Source of the DNA: a bacterium
GTDB lineage: Bacteria > Planctomycetota > B15-G4
Assembly (NCBI GenBank): GCA_030428785.1
Contig: JAUIEF010000007.1
Coordinates: forward strand, 1,333-65,332
Direction of reading: 5' to 3'
Length of the DNA stretch: 64,000 nucleotides
A program made the translations under genes and the position numbers. The notes beneath the pieces are model-generated. The model made no database searches. It was given only the letters and a program-made list of their open reading frames with translations, and was not told where the DNA came from. Within the stretch, counting starts at the first letter, position 1, and the number at the start of each line of letters is the position of its first letter. Shown piece after piece: positions 19,719-28,447 of this stretch.

Positions 19719-20674
19719 CCGTCGTCGCGGGCATCGACGAGGCCGGCTACGGCCCGTTCACCGGCCCGCTCGTGGTGGCCGCCGCCGCCTACCGCCTCGA
19801 TGAGGGCGCGCGCGAGAGCGACCTCGACCGCATCGTCCGCGAGAAGCGCGTCCGCGAGCAGGGGCTGCCCACCGCGGACAGCAAGTCGCTCTACACCTCG
19901 GGCGGCTCGCTCGTGCGCATCGAGACGTCGACGCTCGGACACCTCGCGCTCGCGCGCGGCGCCCTGCCCGTGCGCGTCGACAACCTCGTGGCCGGCGCCG
20001 TCGACCTCTCGCGCGACGAGGTCGAGGAGCTGCCGTGGTACGCCGGGCGGCTGCTCGCGACGCGGCTGCCGCGCGTCGCGTCGCTCGACGACGTGCTCGC
20101 GCGCACGGACTGGCACGGCGCCCACCTCGCGCGGCGCGGCGCCCGCTTCCTCGACCTGCTCGTCGCGCCGGTGCTCGTGCCGCGCTTCAACCGCCTGACG
20201 ACCGCCGCGGGCAGCAAGGCGTGGACGCTCTTCCACACGACCGGCCGGCTCATCGAGCAGCTCGTCGCGCGCTTCCCCGACGACGACCTCGTGATCCACG
20301 TCGACCGGCAGGGCGGGCGCATCCACTACGGCGACCTGCTCCAGACGCACTTCCCCATGGCGCCGCTGAGCACCGTGCGCGAGCGCCGCGACAGCTCCGT
20401 CTACCGGCTCGCGTGGCCCGGACGCAGCCCCGTGCAGATCGACTTCCGCGTCAAGGCCGACGACCGCCGCGCGCCCGTCGCGCTCGCGTCCGTCGCGGCG
20501 AAGACCGTGCGCGAGCTCTTCATGATCTCGCTCAACGGTTGGTTCACCGAGGCCGTCGAGGGGCTCGAGCCGAGCGCCGGATACGGCACGGACGGCCGCC
20601 GCTTCCTCACGGAGGTGCTCGGCGCCGGCCGCGAGTTCGCGAGGTACCGCCCGCTGCTGGAACGCTGCCGGTGA
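19715..20674 (+). CDS. RNase HII-family protein, divergent long form (319 aa)
   Basis: Same frame as track ORF 18989..20674. GTG 19715 overlaps the lgt stop (GTGA). Carries GIDEAGYGP, ADSKSLY, HVDRQGG and VALASVAAKTVRE, which parallel the RNase HII D-E-D-D blocks. Confidence 0.5.
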   Translation: MTVVAGIDEAGYGPFTGPLVVAAAAYRLDEGARESDLDRIVREKRVREQGLPTADSKSLYTSGGSLVRIETSTLGHLALARGALPVRVDNLVAGAVDLSRDEVEELPWYAGRLLATRLPRVASLDDVLARTDWHGAHLARRGARFLDLLVAPVLVPRFNRLTTAAGSKAWTLFHTTGRLIEQLVARFPDDDLVIHVDRQGGRIHYGDLLQTHFPMAPLSTVRERRDSSVYRLAWPGRSPVQIDFRVKADDRRAPVALASVAAKTVRELFMISLNGWFTEAVEGLEPSAGYGTDGRRFLTEVLGAGREFARYRPLLERCR

Positions 20675-20720
20675 CGCGCCGCATCGCGACCGCGGGACGC
20701 CCACCGCGCGCCGCCGCGCC

Positions 20721-21791
20721 GTGCCGCGCCCCGTCGCGCGCGGGGGCGACGCCGTGAGCGAGCGCTTCGTGCGCCAGGAGCGCCTGCCCCAGGTCGGCGC
20801 CGAGGGCCAGGCCCGCCTCGCCGCCTCGCGCGTCGCGATCGTCGGCTGCGGCGCGACGGGCAGCCACCTCGCCGCGATCCTCGGACGCTCCGGCGTCGGG
20901 AGCGCGGCGGGCGGCGCGGACGGCGGGCTCCTGCGGCTGATCGACCGCGACGTCGTCGAGCTCAGCAACCTCCCGCGGCAGACGCTCTTCACCGCCGCCG
21001 ACGTCGAGGCCGTGCGCCCCAAGGCCGAGGCCGCCGCCGACGCGCTCCGCGCCGTCGACCCCGAACTCCGCGTCGAGCCCGCCGTCACCGACCTCGTCGC
21101 CGACAACGCCCAGGCGCTCCTCGGCGACGTCGACCTCGTGCTCGACGGCACCGACAACTTCCCGACGCGCATGCTCGTCAACGACCTCTGCGTCCGGGAC
21201 GGCACGCCCTTCGTCTACTGCGGCGTCGTCGGCATCGAGGGCCAGCTGCTCGTCGTGCGGCCCGGCGGCCCGTGCCTGCGCTGCTACGTCCCCGAGCTCC
21301 CCGCCCCCGGCGCGCTCCCCACCTGCGACACCGCCGGCGTCCTCGGCAGCGTCGTGTCGCTCGTCGCCTCCCTCGCCGCGGGCGAGGCCCTGAAGATCCT
21401 CCTCGGCTCCGACGACGTGCGCGACGGCGAGGTCCTCGTCGTCGACGGCTGGCGCAACGACGTCCGCGCCGTCGGCCTGCCCGTCGACCCCGACTGCGCC
21501 TGCTGCGGCCGACACGACACAGCCTTCCTCGACCGCCCCGCCGCCGCCACGCCCACCGCGCTCTGCGGCCGCGACGCCGTCCAGCTCCCGCCCACCGGCG
21601 CGCCCGTCGACCTCGACGCCGCCGCCGAACGGCTCGCCGCCGAGGGCGAGGTCACGCGCACGCGCTTCCTCGTGCGGGTCGACACGCCGGACCGACGCGT
21701 GCTGCTCTTCGCGGACGGACGGGTCATCGTCGGCGACACGAAGGACGCGAGCGAGGCGCGGTCGGTGCGGGCGCGGCTGCTCGGGGAGTAG
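20721..21791 (+). CDS. ThiF/MoeB/HesA-family E1-like adenylyltransferase
   Basis: Carries [15 protein letters not shown] (nucleotide-binding loop), [15 protein letters not shown] and DGTDNFPTR. Cys pairs PCLRCYVP and DCACCG. An alternative GTG start at 20754 ([11 protein letters not shown]) is equally plausible. Confidence 0.8.
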   Translation: MPRPVARGGDAVSERFVRQERLPQVGAEGQARLAASRVAIVGCGATGSHLAAILGRSGVGSAAGGADGGLLRLIDRDVVELSNLPRQTLFTAADVEAVRPKAEAAADALRAVDPELRVEPAVTDLVADNAQALLGDVDLVLDGTDNFPTRMLVNDLCVRDGTPFVYCGVVGIEGQLLVVRPGGPCLRCYVPELPAPGALPTCDTAGVLGSVVSLVASLAAGEALKILLGSDDVRDGEVLVVDGWRNDVRAVGLPVDPDCACCGRHDTAFLDRPAAATPTALCGRDAVQLPPTGAPVDLDAAAERLAAEGEVTRTRFLVRVDTPDRRVLLFADGRVIVGDTKDASEARSVRARLLGE

Positions 21792-21823
21792 GCGCGACGG
21801 GCGAGGGGAACGGGATCGCGTTT

Positions 21824-22093
<270 letters not shown>

Positions 22094-22201
22094 TCCTCTC
22101 GCTTCGCGAGAGTTCGGCGGCCGCTCACTTCGTGAGCGCCCCACAAGACTCCGGGGACACGACGTCGGTGGTCACCCGGCTGCGTGCTCGACGCACTGGG
22201 C

Positions 22202-22273
22202 GGGACTCCTTTCCTGGAATCGGGCGGGGCCCCCACTGGGCGTCACCCCACCCGATTCCAGGAAAGGAGTCCC
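22202..22273 (+). promoter_or_regulatory. perfect 23-bp hairpin sequestering the RBS of the four-helix-bundle gene
   Basis: GGGACTCCTTTCCTGGAATCGGG (22202-22224) is the exact reverse complement of CCCGATTCCAGGAAAGGAGTCCC (22251-22273). After one mismatch, 4 more bp pair (22226-22229 with 22246-22249), leaving a 16-nt loop. The 3' arm contains AGGAAAGGAG and ends 4 nt before ATG 22278. Confidence 0.7.
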
Positions 22274-22277
22274 TCAC

Positions 22278-22598
22278 ATGTTCGACGTCCTCGAGATCGC
22301 GATCCGCATGGTGGCCTCGCTTCGCTCGCCGTTGGCGACGCTCCAGGTGTGTGATCGCGACATGCACCGCCAGGTTCGGAGAGCTGCTGCCTCGGTGACC
22401 CTCAACATCTCCGAGGGTCAGCGTCGCGGCGGGAAGGATCGCCGGCATCACTGGCGCGTTGCGGCAGGTTCGGCGGACGAGGTGCGGACCGCGTTGCGTA
22501 CCGCGGTGGCGCTGGGTGACCTGCGCGAGGAGGACCTCGCCGAATCCTTCGAGCTCCTCGACCGCGTGCTCGCCATGCTCTGGAAGCTCACGCACTGA
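22278..22598 (+). CDS. four-helix-bundle protein (23S rRNA intervening-sequence protein / Avd-like family)
   Basis: Carries [42 protein letters not shown]. This matches the family hallmark xLRRAAxSIxxNIAEGxGR....F..IA.GSxxE. 106 aa, predicted all-helical. Confidence 0.8.
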   Translation: MFDVLEIAIRMVASLRSPLATLQVCDRDMHRQVRRAAASVTLNISEGQRRGGKDRRHHWRVAAGSADEVRTALRTAVALGDLREEDLAESFELLDRVLAMLWKLTH

Positions 22599-22607
22599 CG
22601 AAGCGCC

Positions 22608-22636
22608 CCGCCCCGGCGGTCGAACCGCCGGGGCGG
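22608..22636 (+). terminator. GC-rich stem-loop after the four-helix-bundle gene (candidate intrinsic terminator)
   Basis: CCGCCCCGGCGG (22608-22619), loop TCGAA, CCGCCGGGGCGG (22625-22636). The stem is a perfect 12 bp and begins 10 nt after the stop. It is followed by TTCCGGTTTCGGTTTCGG, the T-richest stretch locally and the start of array 2. Confidence 0.45.
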
Positions 22637-22744
22637 TTCCGGTTTCGGTTTCGGTTCCGGTTTCCGATCCGGCTTCGGGTTCCGATTCGGCTTCGGTTTC
22701 GGCTTCGGCTTCGGCTTCGGCTTCGGCTTCGGCTTCGGCTTCGG
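22637..22744 (-). repeat. hexanucleotide array 2: 18 units NTTCGG/NTTCCG, inverted relative to array 1
   Basis: Counted directly. The 5' units are degenerate. The last 7 units are perfect CTTCGG (22703-22744). 22698-22744 is the exact reverse complement of 21828-21874. Confidence 0.95.
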
Positions 22745-22905
22745 AGCCGAGCGCGCCAGATCCCGTCATGGGACACCCGAATTCCGAGCACCCGTCCCGG
22801 CGCGGATCACTCCCGCCCCGCCCGCCGTAACCGCCACGGCACCCCGCCTGTTCACGCGGACCCGGTAGAATCCCCGCTCCCATCGCCGCCCGAAGGAGGA
22901 GAGCC

Positions 22906-23523
22906 ATGTCCGTCCGCGCCCCCGTCGTCCTCGCGCTGCTCGTCGCGACGTCGATCGCCTGCTCGACGCAGTACCACGCCACGGTGTCGAAGGACTTCAC
23001 CGTGCCGCAGACCGTCGCCGTCGTCGCCGTGGTCGACGCGCAGAACGCGGAGGGCTCGTTCCTCGTGGCGGGCATGTCGAAGGCGTTCCCGTTCGACGAG
23101 GACCTGCTCTCCGACAAGCTCACCCGCTACCTCGTGGGCCAGCGGCTCTACTCGGTGGTCGAGCGTGCATCCATCTCGCAGGCGATCCAGGAGCTGTCGC
23201 TCACGACGAGCGAGCTCTTCGACAACCGCGAGGCGCAGCAGAAGCTCGGCGTGCTGTGCAAGGCGGACCACATCGTCATCGCCCGCGCGTCGATGAGCTC
23301 CGGCTGGCTCGTGCTGCCGCCGATCTGGTGGAAGTACGCCGTGCTCGAGGCCCGGGCGATCGACGTGGAGTCCGGCCGCATCATGTGGGCGGCCCACGCC
23401 GGCGGCTGGAACTACTACGTCCTCTCGTCCGACGCGCACCTGGAACGACTCGTCGGCGACCTCTTCCACGAACTCGACGAGGGCATCGAGAACGTGCGCG
23501 CGCAGGAGGCGGCGGGCGGCTGA
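22906..23523 (+). CDS. lipoprotein, CsgG/LpoB-like fold suspected
   Basis: Strong RBS GAAGGAGGAG ends 5 nt upstream of the ATG. Lipobox LLVATSIACST. The pattern VAVVAVVD...LxDKLTRYLVGQRLYSVVERASISQAIQEL...GVLCKADHIVIARAS resembles CsgG/LpoB-type periplasmic lipoproteins. This is a by-eye assignment. Confidence 0.6.
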   Translation: MSVRAPVVLALLVATSIACSTQYHATVSKDFTVPQTVAVVAVVDAQNAEGSFLVAGMSKAFPFDEDLLSDKLTRYLVGQRLYSVVERASISQAIQELSLTTSELFDNREAQQKLGVLCKADHIVIARASMSSGWLVLPPIWWKYAVLEARAIDVESGRIMWAAHAGGWNYYVLSSDAHLERLVGDLFHELDEGIENVRAQEAAGG

Positions 23524-23565
23524 GGCGGATCCGCCGCCCCCACCGGCTCGAGGCCGCCCCATCGC

Positions 23566-23721
23566 GACCGCGGGTTCGACCGCGGGTTCGGCCTCGGCTT
23601 CGGGTTCCGCCTCGGCTTCGGGTTCGGCTTCGGCTTCGGGTTCGGGTCCGGCTTCGGCACCGGCTTCGGGTTCGGCTTCGGCACCGGCTTCGGGTTCGGC
23701 ACCGGGTTCGGGTTCGGGTTC
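23566..23721 (-). repeat. hexanucleotide array 3: degenerate GGSTTC units in the same orientation as array 2
   Basis: Begins with a tandem 12-mer GACCGCGGGTTC x2 (23566-23589). GGCTTC/GGGTTC units follow, interspersed with GGCACC and CGCCTC. Starts 43 nt after the lipoprotein stop. Confidence 0.9.
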
Positions 23722-23877
23722 GCTCCCCATCGGCGTCATGCCCAGGATCCACCGATGGACCGTTCAGCGGCCGCGGGCGCCCACCCCCTCCACGCCTCCC
23801 CCCGACACCCCCGCCCGCGGTCCGCTGCGAGGGCCGCGAGTCGAAGAAAGCCCCCCCAACCGACCCGCGCCCAGACC

Positions 23878-25284
23878 TCAGAACTGGAAATAAAGGAAGG
23901 GCTGGTAGTCCCGAGCCGCGAACTGCAGCGCGAGGGCGGAGCCCGCGCCGAGCACGCCGTACGCGACCCAGGTCGGTGCGCGTTCCCAGGCGGTCGCGAA
24001 GGTGCGTCGCCACGCGAGGAGGTGGACGACGGCGAGCGCGGGGAAGAGCCACGCGAAGCCCGTCTCGAGGCGCAGGGTGCCGGCCGTGTCGAGGAGCGCG
24101 TACGCGCGGAGCGCCTCGAGGGTCGGCGCGAGCCCGCTCGGCCGGAACACGATGAGCGTGCCGGCGAAGAACCAGAAGGTGAGCAGGACGCCGACGAGGT
24201 CGGCGAGCGGTCGGGAGGCGTCCGTCGCGTTGCGGTGCGCGCGCCACTCGACGCGGGCGATGACGGCGGCGGCGTGCAGCGCGCCGAAGACGATGTAGTT
24301 CCAGCCGGCGCCGTGCCAGAAGCCGCAGAGCACGAGGGTGAGCGTGAGGTTGCGGTAGGTGAACGGTCGCGAGCCGCGGTTGCCGCCGAGCGGGATGTAG
24401 AGGTAGTCGCGCAGCCAGGACGACAGGCTCACGTGCCAGCGCCGCCAGAAGTCGCCGATGTTCGTGGCGAAGAACGGGAAGCGGAAGTTGATGCAGAGCT
24501 CGTACCCGAGCAGGCCCGCGGAGGCGATGGCCATGTCGGAGTAGCCGGAGAAGTCGCAGTAGATCTGGACCGCGTAGTAGAAGGTCGCCTGCCAGGAGGA
24601 GACGACGTCGTACGCGGCCGGTGACGCGAAGTACTCGTCGACGACGACCGCGAGGTTGTCCGAGACGCACGCCTTCTTGACGAACCCGATGAGGAAGAGC
24701 GTCAGGCACGCGCGGACGTCGACGCCGGCGAGGCGGCGCGGCACGGAGAGCTGCGGCAGGAAGTCGACGGCGCGGACGATGGGCCCGGCCACGAGCTGCG
24801 GGAAGAAGCCGACGAAGAGCGCGAAGTCGCGCAGGCTCGTCACGGGCCGCAGGTTCCCGCGGTAGATGTCGATCGTGTAGCTGAGGGTCTGGAAGGTGTA
24901 GAAGCTGATGCCGACGGGCAGGACGATGTCGAGCGTCCGCGCCGGGAAGTCCAGGCCCAGCCACGTGAAGAGCCCCTCGCCGGACTCCACGAAGAAGTTG
25001 TAGTACTTGAAGAAGCCCAGCAGCCCGAGGTTCGCGCACACGCTGAGCGTGACCCACAGCCGGCGGCGCGTCGCCTGGTCCGGCCGCACGAGCATGCGGC
25101 CGCAGTTGTAGTCGATGAACGTCGACAGCAGGATGAGCGAGCAGAAGCGCCAGTCCCACGCGCCGTAGAACACGTAGCTGCACAGGAGCAGCCAGTTCTT
25201 GCGGGCGCCGTCGCGCTTCAGGCCCCAGTGGACCGCGAAGGCGACGAGGAAGAAGGCGAGGTAGCGGAACTCGGTGAAGAGCAT
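23878..25284 (-). CDS. MBOAT-family membrane O-acyltransferase (AlgI/DltB-like)
   Basis: 468 aa, multi-TM. Carries FWRRWHVSLSSWLRDYLYIPLGGNRG, which contains the conserved MBOAT His region. Confidence 0.85.
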   Translation of the reverse strand: MLFTEFRYLAFFLVAFAVHWGLKRDGARKNWLLLCSYVFYGAWDWRFCSLILLSTFIDYNCGRMLVRPDQATRRRLWVTLSVCANLGLLGFFKYYNFFVESGEGLFTWLGLDFPARTLDIVLPVGISFYTFQTLSYTIDIYRGNLRPVTSLRDFALFVGFFPQLVAGPIVRAVDFLPQLSVPRRLAGVDVRACLTLFLIGFVKKACVSDNLAVVVDEYFASPAAYDVVSSWQATFYYAVQIYCDFSGYSDMAIASAGLLGYELCINFRFPFFATNIGDFWRRWHVSLSSWLRDYLYIPLGGNRGSRPFTYRNLTLTLVLCGFWHGAGWNYIVFGALHAAAVIARVEWRAHRNATDASRPLADLVGVLLTFWFFAGTLIVFRPSGLAPTLEALRAYALLDTAGTLRLETGFAWLFPALAVVHLLAWRRTFATAWERAPTWVAYGVLGAGSALALQFAARDYQPFLYFQF

Positions 25285-25293
25285 CCGCGCGCC

Positions 25294-26412
25294 TCAGTCG
25301 TCGTCCCGGGCCATCGTGTTCGCGAAGATCCGGCTGAAGACCTCGGCGCCCCGTCGGTTGAGGTGCGAGTCCCAGCGGGTCTCCAGCGTGAAGAGCTGCG
25401 GGTGGCGCTGCGGGTCGTTGAACACGGGCGGATCGTTGGGCAGGTGCCCGCCCTCGGCGAGCGGCGCGACCCACTGCGTGGGGTGCATCGCGGGCGGCAC
25501 GAAGTAGCGCGGCTCCGCGCCCGCCGCCCGCACGACGTCCAGCTGCGCCTCGAGCGCGCCGAAGTCGTAGTGCGACAGGTCGTCGACGATCCGGTTGCGC
25601 TTGACGAGGTGGCGCACGCGCTGCGGCAGGCCCTCCTCGGCGTTCTCGGCGAAGCGCTCGCGGCGGATGCGCGCCTCCGTGGTGTCCACCTCTTCCGCCG
25701 CCTGGAACCCGCGCTCGCGGTCGATCTCCTCCTGCGTGAGCGGCTGCGGCTCGCGGTGCCCGAGCAGGGAGCGGACGATGCGCCGGCCCTGCCCGTAGCT
25801 CGTCGCGCGCAGCCACCCGTTGCGCAGGTGCATCCAAGCGAGCTCGACCCGGTCCCGCCACGGCTCGTCGAGGTACACGAGCCGGCGCAGCATGCGCGCG
25901 ACCTGCCGCGGCGTGTGCCAGTTCACGGAGCGGTTCGTGTCCATGTTCTCGTCGACCGCGCTGCGCCACACCCAGTCGGGCGTCTCGATCCAGACGGTGT
26001 CGAGCTGCAGCCCGTCGAGCTCGAGCACGGTGCGCAGGACGTGGTCGATCTCGCAGTCGCTCATGCCCTCCGCGCCCATGTTGAAGGAGCGGGTCGGGCG
26101 GCCGCGTTTCTCGAGCACCTCGTCGACGACCGGCGGCACGAACGAGCGGAAGACATGGCTCTTGCCGATGAACAGCGTGTCGACGGCGTCCGGGTGCTCG
26201 CGGAGCCACGCGAGCTTCGGCGTGACGGCGAAGTCCTCGGGCCACGGCGTGAGCGCGCGCCCCGCGGCGGCGACGAGCGCGAAGCCGACGAGCCACGCGA
26301 TCGCGGCGACGACCCGGCCCCCGCCAGCGCCCCGTGCGTCGGCGGCTGCGGTGGTGGACTCGTCGTCGGTCGGCATCGTCGAGAACCTACCAGCCTCTCG
26401 GTCGGCGATCAC
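25294..26412 (-). CDS. membrane-anchored protein partnered with MBOAT (possible SGNH/AlgJ/DltD-like role)
   Basis: Ends 9 nt upstream of the MBOAT start. One N-terminal TM segment (VVAAIAWLVGFALVAAAG). FIGKSHVF resembles SGNH block I, but the assignment is weak. An alternative ATG lies at 26376. Confidence 0.55.
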   Translation of the reverse strand: MIADREAGRFSTMPTDDESTTAAADARGAGGGRVVAAIAWLVGFALVAAAGRALTPWPEDFAVTPKLAWLREHPDAVDTLFIGKSHVFRSFVPPVVDEVLEKRGRPTRSFNMGAEGMSDCEIDHVLRTVLELDGLQLDTVWIETPDWVWRSAVDENMDTNRSVNWHTPRQVARMLRRLVYLDEPWRDRVELAWMHLRNGWLRATSYGQGRRIVRSLLGHREPQPLTQEEIDRERGFQAAEEVDTTEARIRRERFAENAEEGLPQRVRHLVKRNRIVDDLSHYDFGALEAQLDVVRAAGAEPRYFVPPAMHPTQWVAPLAEGGHLPNDPPVFNDPQRHPQLFTLETRWDSHLNRRGAEVFSRIFANTMARDDD

Positions 26413-26435
26413 GGACCTGCTACCGTGTCCCGGTC

Positions 26436-28442
26436 ATGCCCTCCGCCGTCGTCCTCTTCGTGCTGCACAACGGGGCGGCGGCCTGGCTCGCGGCGCGCTG
26501 GTCGCGGCGCCTGCTCCCCGGCGCGCACGGCGCCGAGCGCGTGCTCGCGGGGCTCGTGTGCTTCGCCGGGATCGTGCAGGTCGTGCTGCTCGCGACGGGG
26601 CTCGCCGGCGCCTTCGCCGCCTGGCCGGTCGCGGGCGTCCTCGCCGGGCTGCTGGTGCTCGACCTCGCGCTCGGCCGCCGCGCCCCCGACGCGGCGCCGC
26701 CGGGGGCCGACCGGCCCGCGCCCTGGCCCCGGCCGGCGATCGCGCTCACGGCGCTCGCCGTGCTCGTCTCCGCCTGGAACGTCGTCGCGACGGGCACGCG
26801 CTTCGGCTTCGACATCCTCACCTACCACGCGGTCGCGCCCGCGTGGTGGATCCGGCGCGGCGTCCTCGAGCTCACGCCGTTCAACTACCAGTCCTACTAC
26901 CCGATGAACGCGGAACTCCACGCGGGCTGGTTCATGCTCGCGCCGGGCACCGACGCGCACGCGTCCCTGCCGATGCTCGTGTGGCTGGGCATCCTCGTCT
27001 CGGCGTGGGTCGTGCACGCGCGTCGCCTCGGGCAGGTCTCGTGGCTCGCGGCCGCGGCGCTCGCGTGCGCCCTGCTCGCGCCCGACATGCAGGAGCGCAT
27101 GCCGTTCTTCACGTCCGGCGACCTCGCGATGGCGTGCCTGCTCGTCGGGATGCTCGCGTTCGCGTGGGTGCCCGAGGGCGGACGCGCGCTGCCGCGGGCG
27201 TTGCTGGCGGGCCTCGCCGGCGGGCTCGCGCTGGGCATGAAGCCGACGGCGGCGCCGCAGATCGCGATCGCAGGGGTCGCGTTCCTGCTCCCCCGGCGCG
27301 CGGGCGGCGGCGCGTCGGTCGTCGCGCGCGGCGGCGTCTTCGCGCTCGCGGTCGCCGCCACAGGCGGCTGGTGGTACGTGCGCAACCTCTGGGTCACGGG
27401 CAACCCGCTGTTCCCGGCGCAGGTGGGGCCCTTCGAGGGTCCGTTCACCAAGGAGGTGCAGTACGCGACGACGCAGCTCCGCATCCTCGCGGAGAGCGGC
27501 TGGACGGAACCCGAGACGTGGCGCGTCTTCTTCTCCGAGCACCTCGACTGGCCGCTGCCGCTCGGTGTGCTCGCGCTCGCCGGCGGGCTCGGCGGTCTCC
27601 GGGCGACGGTGCGCGAGCCGGACGCCGCGCGCCGCGCGCACCTGCGCCTGCTCCTGCTGTGCGGCGTCGTGTTCGCGCTCCTGTTCCCCATGCAGCCGTT
27701 CTCGGGGACGGTCAACCGGCCGGACGCGGGCGCCAACTACCTCGTCCGCTACGTGACCTTCCCGTTCGTCCTCGGGCTGCTCGTGCTGCCGTCGGCGCTC
27801 CCGTGGCGGCGTCGCGCGGCGCCCGCGACGAGCGACAGGCGGTGGTCGCCCCGGCTCGTCGTCGCGGTCGTCGGCGCGCTCGTCCTGGGGCTCGCGCTCT
27901 CGACGCCGTGGCGGCAGGGGCTCGCCGACGAGAACCTCTACGCGTTCCGGGAGGCCTTGGAGCGCGGCTGGCGCGCGGTCGACGAGCTCCCCGACGGCGC
28001 GCACCTCGCGGTCTACTCGATGGACCCCCCGAGCCACGTGCTGACCTACCCCACCTTCGGGCGCCGCCTCCAGCACGTCCCGATCCCGACGGAGAAGGAC
28101 GGCACGCTCCGGAAGCCGCTCCACGAGCACTGGCGCGAGCCCGGCCACGAGTGGTGGTCACGCTTCGACGACGACGTGCGGATCCCCGGCGACGAGGTGG
28201 TCGCCAACCTGCGGGCGGCCGGCGTGGAGCTCGTCGTCCTGCACAGTTGGCCGCCGCCCCCGGAGGGTATGCTCGAGCGGCCGTTCTACTTCCGACGACG
28301 GCTCGCGACGACCCTCCACGTGCGCCGCTGCTACCACGCCGACGTCGCCACGGAGATCTGGGACCTCACGGGCCGCTTCGAGGGCCGCGTCAAGGGCGCC
28401 ATCCGGGGCACCGGCGCCTACTTCCGCACCCCCGACCGCTGA
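26436..28442 (+). CDS. polytopic membrane protein, GT-C-type glycosyltransferase-like (ArnT/PMT-like)
   Basis: Track ORF 26334..28442 trimmed to ATG 26436. About 12 hydrophobic segments precede a roughly 180-aa soluble C-terminal domain. The family call rests on architecture only. Confidence 0.5.
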   Translation: MPSAVVLFVLHNGAAAWLAARWSRRLLPGAHGAERVLAGLVCFAGIVQVVLLATGLAGAFAAWPVAGVLAGLLVLDLALGRRAPDAAPPGADRPAPWPRPAIALTALAVLVSAWNVVATGTRFGFDILTYHAVAPAWWIRRGVLELTPFNYQSYYPMNAELHAGWFMLAPGTDAHASLPMLVWLGILVSAWVVHARRLGQVSWLAAAALACALLAPDMQERMPFFTSGDLAMACLLVGMLAFAWVPEGGRALPRALLAGLAGGLALGMKPTAAPQIAIAGVAFLLPRRAGGGASVVARGGVFALAVAATGGWWYVRNLWVTGNPLFPAQVGPFEGPFTKEVQYATTQLRILAESGWTEPETWRVFFSEHLDWPLPLGVLALAGGLGGLRATVREPDAARRAHLRLLLLCGVVFALLFPMQPFSGTVNRPDAGANYLVRYVTFPFVLGLLVLPSALPWRRRAAPATSDRRWSPRLVVAVVGALVLGLALSTPWRQGLADENLYAFREALERGWRAVDELPDGAHLAVYSMDPPSHVLTYPTFGRRLQHVPIPTEKDGTLRKPLHEHWREPGHEWWSRFDDDVRIPGDEVVANLRAAGVELVVLHSWPPPPEGMLERPFYFRRRLATTLHVRRCYHADVATEIWDLTGRFEGRVKGAIRGTGAYFRTPDR

Positions 28443-28447
28443 TCGAG

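Noticed and set aside
22278-22598. The four-helix-bundle protein as the Avd component of a diversity-generating retroelement
   Set aside because: The window contains no reverse transcriptase, no template/variable repeat pair and no target gene.
22866-22871. A TAGAAT -10-like hexamer upstream of the lipoprotein gene, considered as a promoter
   Set aside because: No acceptable -35 element lies 16-19 nt upstream (only CCCGCC-like sequence), and there is no extended TGn. The evidence is insufficient for a promoter call.
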